DNA of 64,000 bases, from assembly GCA_025058595.1 (NCBI GenBank), contig JANXEK010000005.1, positions 4,685 through 68,684 on the forward strand. The letters run 5' to 3'. Both the position numbers and the translations under genes were made by a program. This stretch comes from Candidatus Bathyarchaeota archaeon (GTDB taxonomy: Archaea > Thermoproteota > CALKCG01 > B24 > DRYS01). This document shows, one piece after another, positions 60,084 through 64,000 of the stretch (the first letter of the stretch is position 1; the number at the start of each line of letters is the position of its first letter). The notes below the pieces were generated by a model. The model was not told where the DNA came from and did not search any database. It saw only the letters and a program-made list of their open reading frames with translations.

Positions 60084-60866
60084 ATGTCTGAGTTATTCTG
60101 TGAAGGGGAATACGCGCTGCTCCTCTTAGATAGAAGGAGGAGATATCTAGTTAAACTTGAGAAGGGTAAACGGTTCCATACTCATAGAGGCTTTCTAGAT
60201 CTAGATCAGATTATAGGTAGACCAGAAGGGGTAGCTATCGAGAGTAGTATGGGTGTCGATTTCTACGTGTTTAAGCCGTCGTTATGGGATTATGTAGAGA
60301 GCTACGAGAGACCTACACAGATACTGTATCCTAAGGATATAGGTTTCATACTAGTCTACGCGGATATAGGTCCAGGTTGCAGGGTTTTGGAAGCTGGGGT
60401 AGGTTCAGGTGCCCTTACAAGCTTTCTAGCCTACCATATCAGACCTACAGGAAGGGTATACGGATATGATGTGAATCCTAGGTTCATAGAGGTTGCTAGG
60501 AGGAACCTGGAACGTACGGGTCTTCTAGGATATGTAGAACTTAAACTGGGAGATGTGTATAAGGGGGTCGATGAGAGGGATATCGATGTAGCTATATTAG
60601 ATGTCCCATCACCTTGGCTAGCTATAGACCCGGTGTATAGATCTCTTAAACCTGGAGGATTCTTCGTAAGCTTCAGTCCGACTATAGACCAGGTTGAGAA
60701 GCTCGTAGAATCTATAGAAGCGCATAGAGGCTTTATAGTGCTGAACGTCTTGGAATCCTTTACTAGAAGCTATAAGGTGAGAAGGGGGGAGACTAGACCT
60801 GAGACGACTATGATAGCTCACACCGGGTATCTACTATTCGCTAGGAAGCTATCCCTACAGTTTTAG
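60084..60866 (+). CDS. trmI: tRNA (adenine-N1)-methyltransferase TrmI (Gcd14 family)
   Basis: N-terminal beta-barrel plus SAM-MTase motif I VLEAGVGSGALT and motif VLDVPSPW. Confidence 0.8.
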   Translation: MSELFCEGEYALLLLDRRRRYLVKLEKGKRFHTHRGFLDLDQIIGRPEGVAIESSMGVDFYVFKPSLWDYVESYERPTQILYPKDIGFILVYADIGPGCRVLEAGVGSGALTSFLAYHIRPTGRVYGYDVNPRFIEVARRNLERTGLLGYVELKLGDVYKGVDERDIDVAILDVPSPWLAIDPVYRSLKPGGFFVSFSPTIDQVEKLVESIEAHRGFIVLNVLESFTRSYKVRRGETRPETTMIAHTGYLLFARKLSLQF

Positions 60867-61798
60867 AAGCCTAGCATAGAGGCTACGTATACAGGGTCGT
60901 ATTCTATCAGATCGTCTATACCTGAACCTACACCTATGAAGAATATAGGCTTCCTAAGCGTATACGCTATGTTGAGTATAGCACCACCTTTAACATCTGC
61001 ATCCATCTTCGTTACTATCGCTCCATCAATGCCTACATACTTGTTAAACTCTACAGCCTGATCTACTATATCGTTACCTGTAAGAGCATCGCCGACGAAT
61101 ATCCTTACATCTGGGTTAACAACCCTAACGATCTTACGCATCTCGTCGAGGAGGTTACGTTTAGTTTGCATCCTACCGGCGGTATCTATCAGAACGATAT
61201 CCAGCCCCCTCGCTTTCGCATATTGTACGGCGTCGTAAGCTACAGCTGCAGGGTCTCCTCCATAAACCTGTTTAACCAGATCCACACCCACCATCTTAGA
61301 GAGGATTTCGAGTTGTTCGATAGCCCCAGCTCTGAAGGTATCGCTACACGCCAATACGACCTTGAAACCGCTACGTTTAAGCCTCCATCCAAGCTTAGCT
61401 ATAGTTAAAGTTTTACCTACACCGTTAACCCCTAGGAACAATGCTATGCATGGTTTGCTAGACTCCCGTATAATGTCTTCGAAACTCTTCTCAGGCTCTA
61501 CGGATCTAAGTATATCGAGTATTGATGTTTTTAACGCGGATTCAACCAGGCTCCTCCTATCGGAGAGTCTAGCTATCTTAACACCTATAACCCTATCCTC
61601 TATGAGGCTGCATAGAGATTCAGCTACCTCGAAAGCGACGTCGGCTTCTATAAGCGAATATTTCAATTCTTCTAGATACCCATGGATATCCTCAGGTTTA
61701 AGCTCTGTTTCGAGTATAACGCTTCTAAATCTATCTAAAGCTCTCCTGATAGCTTCAAGCAGTTCTCCCGCCCTCCATAGATCTGCCCAACTCTGCAA
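60863..61798 (-). CDS. ftsY: Signal recognition particle receptor FtsY
   Basis: SRP-GTPase motifs GVNGVGKTT, DTFRAGA, DTAGR, TKMD. Confidence 0.9.
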   Translation of the reverse strand: MQSWADLWRAGELLEAIRRALDRFRSVILETELKPEDIHGYLEELKYSLIEADVAFEVAESLCSLIEDRVIGVKIARLSDRRSLVESALKTSILDILRSVEPEKSFEDIIRESSKPCIALFLGVNGVGKTLTIAKLGWRLKRSGFKVVLACSDTFRAGAIEQLEILSKMVGVDLVKQVYGGDPAAVAYDAVQYAKARGLDIVLIDTAGRMQTKRNLLDEMRKIVRVVNPDVRIFVGDALTGNDIVDQAVEFNKYVGIDGAIVTKMDADVKGGAILNIAYTLRKPIFFIGVGSGIDDLIEYDPVYVASMLGF

Positions 61799-62198
61799 GC
61801 CTCCTCCTAGCTTCCTCCAACCTTGTAGCTACGTTAACTAGCTGCTGTTGTAGGCTATCTCTAAGCTTTAGGATGCTGTTAGCTCTCTCCTCTATTATCT
61901 TCATAGCATCATCCACCTTCTTCTCGACGTATACATTACTACCCATGTTCAATAGGACGCTCTCTACATCCACGATAACGCATTTAATGTATGATCCGGA
62001 GCCTATCGCTATCAGAGCTTCTGTATTAGGTTTCTCGCTTCTAAGAGAGTTAAGGGTATCGTACGTTTGCCTATGCTCGTTATACGTTGCTTCAGCTATA
62101 GTTAACCTCTGCCTGATATTCTCTGCAGTCTGCTCTAGTATCGATATCTCAGCTATTAGCTGTTCTATCTCCTTCTCCATCTTCGTACGGTTATCCAT
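61755..62198 (-). CDS. pfdA: Prefoldin alpha subunit
   Basis: Coiled coil, two beta hairpins, coiled coil. Sits in the conserved position upstream of ftsY. Start set at MDNRTK; the ORF track extends to 62222. Confidence 0.7.
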   Translation of the reverse strand: MDNRTKMEKEIEQLIAEISILEQTAENIRQRLTIAEATYNEHRQTYDTLNSLRSEKPNTEALIAIGSGSYIKCVIVDVESVLLNMGSNVYVEKKVDDAMKIIEERANSILKLRDSLQQQLVNVATRLEEARRRLAELGRSMEGGRTA

Positions 62199-62385
62199 CC
62201 TCGTGCACCTCCACGTTCTCAACCTTCAGATTACGTCTCTTCACTTTATGGTGACTACCTATATCGGAATATAGCTTCTCTAAAGCATCTTCAAAGCTTA
62301 AAGCTCTAATCTCCTTAGTAAGTTTAGTTTTGAATATCCCGGTCCTATATGAGCAGGTGATCTTAAACATCTTTATTTCGCCCAT
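62191..62385 (-). CDS. rplX: 50S ribosomal protein LX (L18Ae/L20A family)
   Basis: MFKITCSYRTG...KEIRALSFEDALEKLYSDIGSHHKVKR matches archaeal LX. Sits in the conserved position next to aIF6 and prefoldin. Confidence 0.65.
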   Translation of the reverse strand: MGEIKMFKITCSYRTGIFKTKLTKEIRALSFEDALEKLYSDIGSHHKVKRRNLKVENVEVHEDG

Positions 62386-62425
62386 AGCAATCTATCTAAC
62401 CTTGAATATAGCTTCTAGATTAGCT

Positions 62426-63013
62426 TTACTCCTCCACATGGAATGCTTCTGTTATACGAGCTAGTTCTGAGCCTCTAGTAGTATCGCTCACTATAAGCCC
62501 GTAGCTATTCGCTACGACCCCTATCTTAACGAGCCTACTCCCATAGTTTACGGTTCCCTTATACACAGGTACCTTCAATACATCCCTGATAACCTGCTCC
62601 TCCTCAGATGATATCATAGGATCGACGAGGACCCCTTTATTTGTCGCTACAGCTAAGCTACCTATATACGGTAGATTCTCTATACTCCCCACCTCAACCT
62701 CTATATCTAGTGTATCGGATATGATCTTAACCTGATCTCTAGATAGACGTAAACCTGAAAGACACCCTGAATCGTTCACTAGGAGGAAATTACCTATAGC
62801 AGTCCATCTGCTAGGTAGGATTGCCATCCTCGTATCCCTAGGTAGATTTGCTCTTATCCTTTCAAGCTCACTATCATCTATCAGCTGCGGGAGAATTATA
62901 CCGTTAGAATTAGCGATAGTGAATATCCCTATGAGGTCAGATTTGTATACCGTAGTTTTGATGATCGTATCGACTCTAAACGTATCCGCGAATAACCTAA
63001 CATCATTATCCAT
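62426..63013 (-). CDS. eif6: Translation initiation factor 6 (aIF6/eIF6)
   Basis: Pentameric pseudo-repeat pattern with conserved …IGNFLLVND…, …GSLAVATNKGVLV…. Confidence 0.85.
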   Translation of the reverse strand: MDNDVRLFADTFRVDTIIKTTVYKSDLIGIFTIANSNGIILPQLIDDSELERIRANLPRDTRMAILPSRWTAIGNFLLVNDSGCLSGLRLSRDQVKIISDTLDIEVEVGSIENLPYIGSLAVATNKGVLVDPMISSEEEQVIRDVLKVPVYKGTVNYGSRLVKIGVVANSYGLIVSDTTRGSELARITEAFHVEE

Positions 63014-63112
63014 AGTTGATTCTGGACATATAACGAACCTATCGGTTGCTCTAAGATATACGCCTATACATGTCCTTCCATAGAAATTGTAGTGAGATAA
63101 AGGCAGAAGATC

Positions 63113-63400
63113 CTACACCTCCTCAGCGGGGTATACCGTGTATACATCCTCCTCCCTCACAACCCTAACCTTAACCCTGCGAGGAGGCTTCTCCCTACCC
63201 CTACTCCATATCAACCTATTCAATTCTTCGGATATCTTTACACGGCTCCCCTCCTCGGCTTTCACTCCGAGGTGACGTTCGATAAACCTCTTCACGATCT
63301 TCACAGCTGTCGGAGCTCTATCTGTCCAGGGAGCCCTCCACGCACCTCTAAGAGGTATGGTGTAAATCCTCTCCTCAGAAGAACCGCCGCTCATAAGCAT
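63113..63400 (-). CDS. rpl31e: 50S ribosomal protein L31e
   Basis: EERIYTIPLRGAW...RAPTAVKIVKRFIERH. Confidence 0.85.
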   Translation of the reverse strand: MLMSGGSSEERIYTIPLRGAWRAPWTDRAPTAVKIVKRFIERHLGVKAEEGSRVKISEELNRLIWSRGREKPPRRVKVRVVREEDVYTVYPAEEV

Positions 63401-63410
63401 ACCTCCCAGG

Positions 63411-63566
63411 CTATGCCCCTATCTTAACCCTCCTCCAATGCCTCCTTGTAGGGGTAAACCTAAACTTACCTAGAGTTTTCGCTACAACCCATATCGGTAC
63501 CGTCCTGCTCCTCCTTCTCTCAGCTATAAGCCTTCTCTTCTTAGCAGTAGGTTTATGCCTAGCCAT
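63411..63566 (-). CDS. rpl39e: 50S ribosomal protein L39e (51 aa; below ORF-track cutoff)
   Basis: Minus-strand translation MARHKPTAKKRRLIAERRRSRTVPIWVVAKTLGKFRFTPTRRHWRRVKIGA is classic L39e. Confidence 0.75.
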   Translation of the reverse strand: MARHKPTAKKRRLIAERRRSRTVPIWVVAKTLGKFRFTPTRRHWRRVKIGA

Positions 63567-63568
63567 AC

Positions 63569-63901
63569 CTATAGCCTCCATATACGCGTCTCACGTTTCT
63601 CTGTAGACACAAGTTTAAGTAGGATCTGTTTAAGAGCCTCATCTGTGATAGGCGTAGGTATACGTCCAGTTTGAGCTGCTTTTATGAGTTCAAGCTCGAG
63701 TTGACGAACGAAATCAGGCTTCACCATCCTAAGGTTTGCTAATCTCTGTCTAGCTTCAGGTGTGAGTATCTGAGTTAGAGCTATCTGTATACTCCTCTCA
63801 CGTTCAGCTCTAAGCTTCTCCTCTTCAGCAGCTCTCTGCAGCTCTAATAGCCTCCTACGTTTAAGCTCCTCAAGTTTGGCATCATACTCTTCATAACTCA
63901 A
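63569..63901 (-). CDS. PDCD5-like dsDNA-binding protein
   Basis: ILTPEARQRLANLRMVKPDFVRQLELELIKAAQTGRI matches the archaeal PDCD5/TFAR19 family. Conserved position between rps19e and rpl39e. Confidence 0.75.
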   Translation of the reverse strand: MSYEEYDAKLEELKRRRLLELQRAAEEEKLRAERERSIQIALTQILTPEARQRLANLRMVKPDFVRQLELELIKAAQTGRIPTPITDEALKQILLKLVSTEKRETRIWRL

Positions 63902-64000
63902 CCTTCATAATACCTCCCGATCTCCGGTATAGGACTTCTCTTCGAAACCTCGTGAGCAATCCTATCCAGCAGGGATCTACCTTTAGAAGTTAAAACCCTG
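63898..64000 (-). CDS. rps19e: 30S ribosomal protein S19e, C-terminal part (gene continues past window end)
   Basis: Minus-strand translation ...RVLTSKGRSLLDRIAHEVSKRSPIPEIGRYYEG* matches the S19e C-terminus. 4-nt overlap with the downstream gene. Confidence 0.6.
   Translation of the reverse strand, partial: RVLTSKGRSLLDRIAHEVSKRSPIPEIGRYYEG

Noticed and set aside
1-64000. CRISPR arrays, rRNA genes, IS elements with intact transposases
   Set aside because: I scanned for regularly spaced direct repeats, rRNA-like conserved stretches and transposase motifs (DDE, HTH plus RNase H). None found.

Overview
Gene-dense archaeal chromosomal window, roughly 45% GC by eye. tRNA introns, r-proteins L7Ae/S28e/L24e/L38e/L39e/L40e/LX, aIF6, archaeal adenylate kinase and ApgM point to a crenarchaeon, probably Thermoproteales-like. 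The housekeeping core includes a liv-type ABC transporter operon, a family-B DNA polymerase, an smc-scpA-scpB operon, two conserved r-protein clusters, CysS, inorganic pyrophosphatase, tandem purP paralogues, FtsY, prefoldin and TrmI. There are many peptidases (M42, M24, M55, M19) and glycan-related enzymes. Six tRNAs are present: Ile-GAT, Tyr-GTA with a 49-nt intron, a probable Gly-TCC, Ser-TGA, Leu-CAG and Val-CAC. Three small r-protein genes below the ORF-track cutoff were recovered by hand (L40e, L39e, L38e with a corrected start). No CRISPR array or rRNA was seen. Three loci look accessory. (1) A frameshifted tyrosine-integrase pseudogene lies immediately 3' of tRNA-Ser, a remnant of an integrated element. 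(2) A ~4.8 kb island lies 3'-adjacent to tRNA-Leu. It carries an mgtA P-type ATPase with atypical codon usage and a C-terminal extension, flanked by ORF-poor decayed DNA. (3) A block of uncharacterised membrane and secreted proteins sits 3' of tRNA-Val. It includes a three-gene operon (unknown 303-aa protein, PqqD-like RRE protein, polytopic membrane protein). This is the best candidate for an undescribed peptide-modification or membrane-associated system. Other oddities: the PolB exonuclease motifs look degenerate; a coiled-coil protein carries in-frame 42-nt tandem repeats; a DUF362 gene is frameshifted; a 570-bp ORF-free gap may hold an ncRNA.
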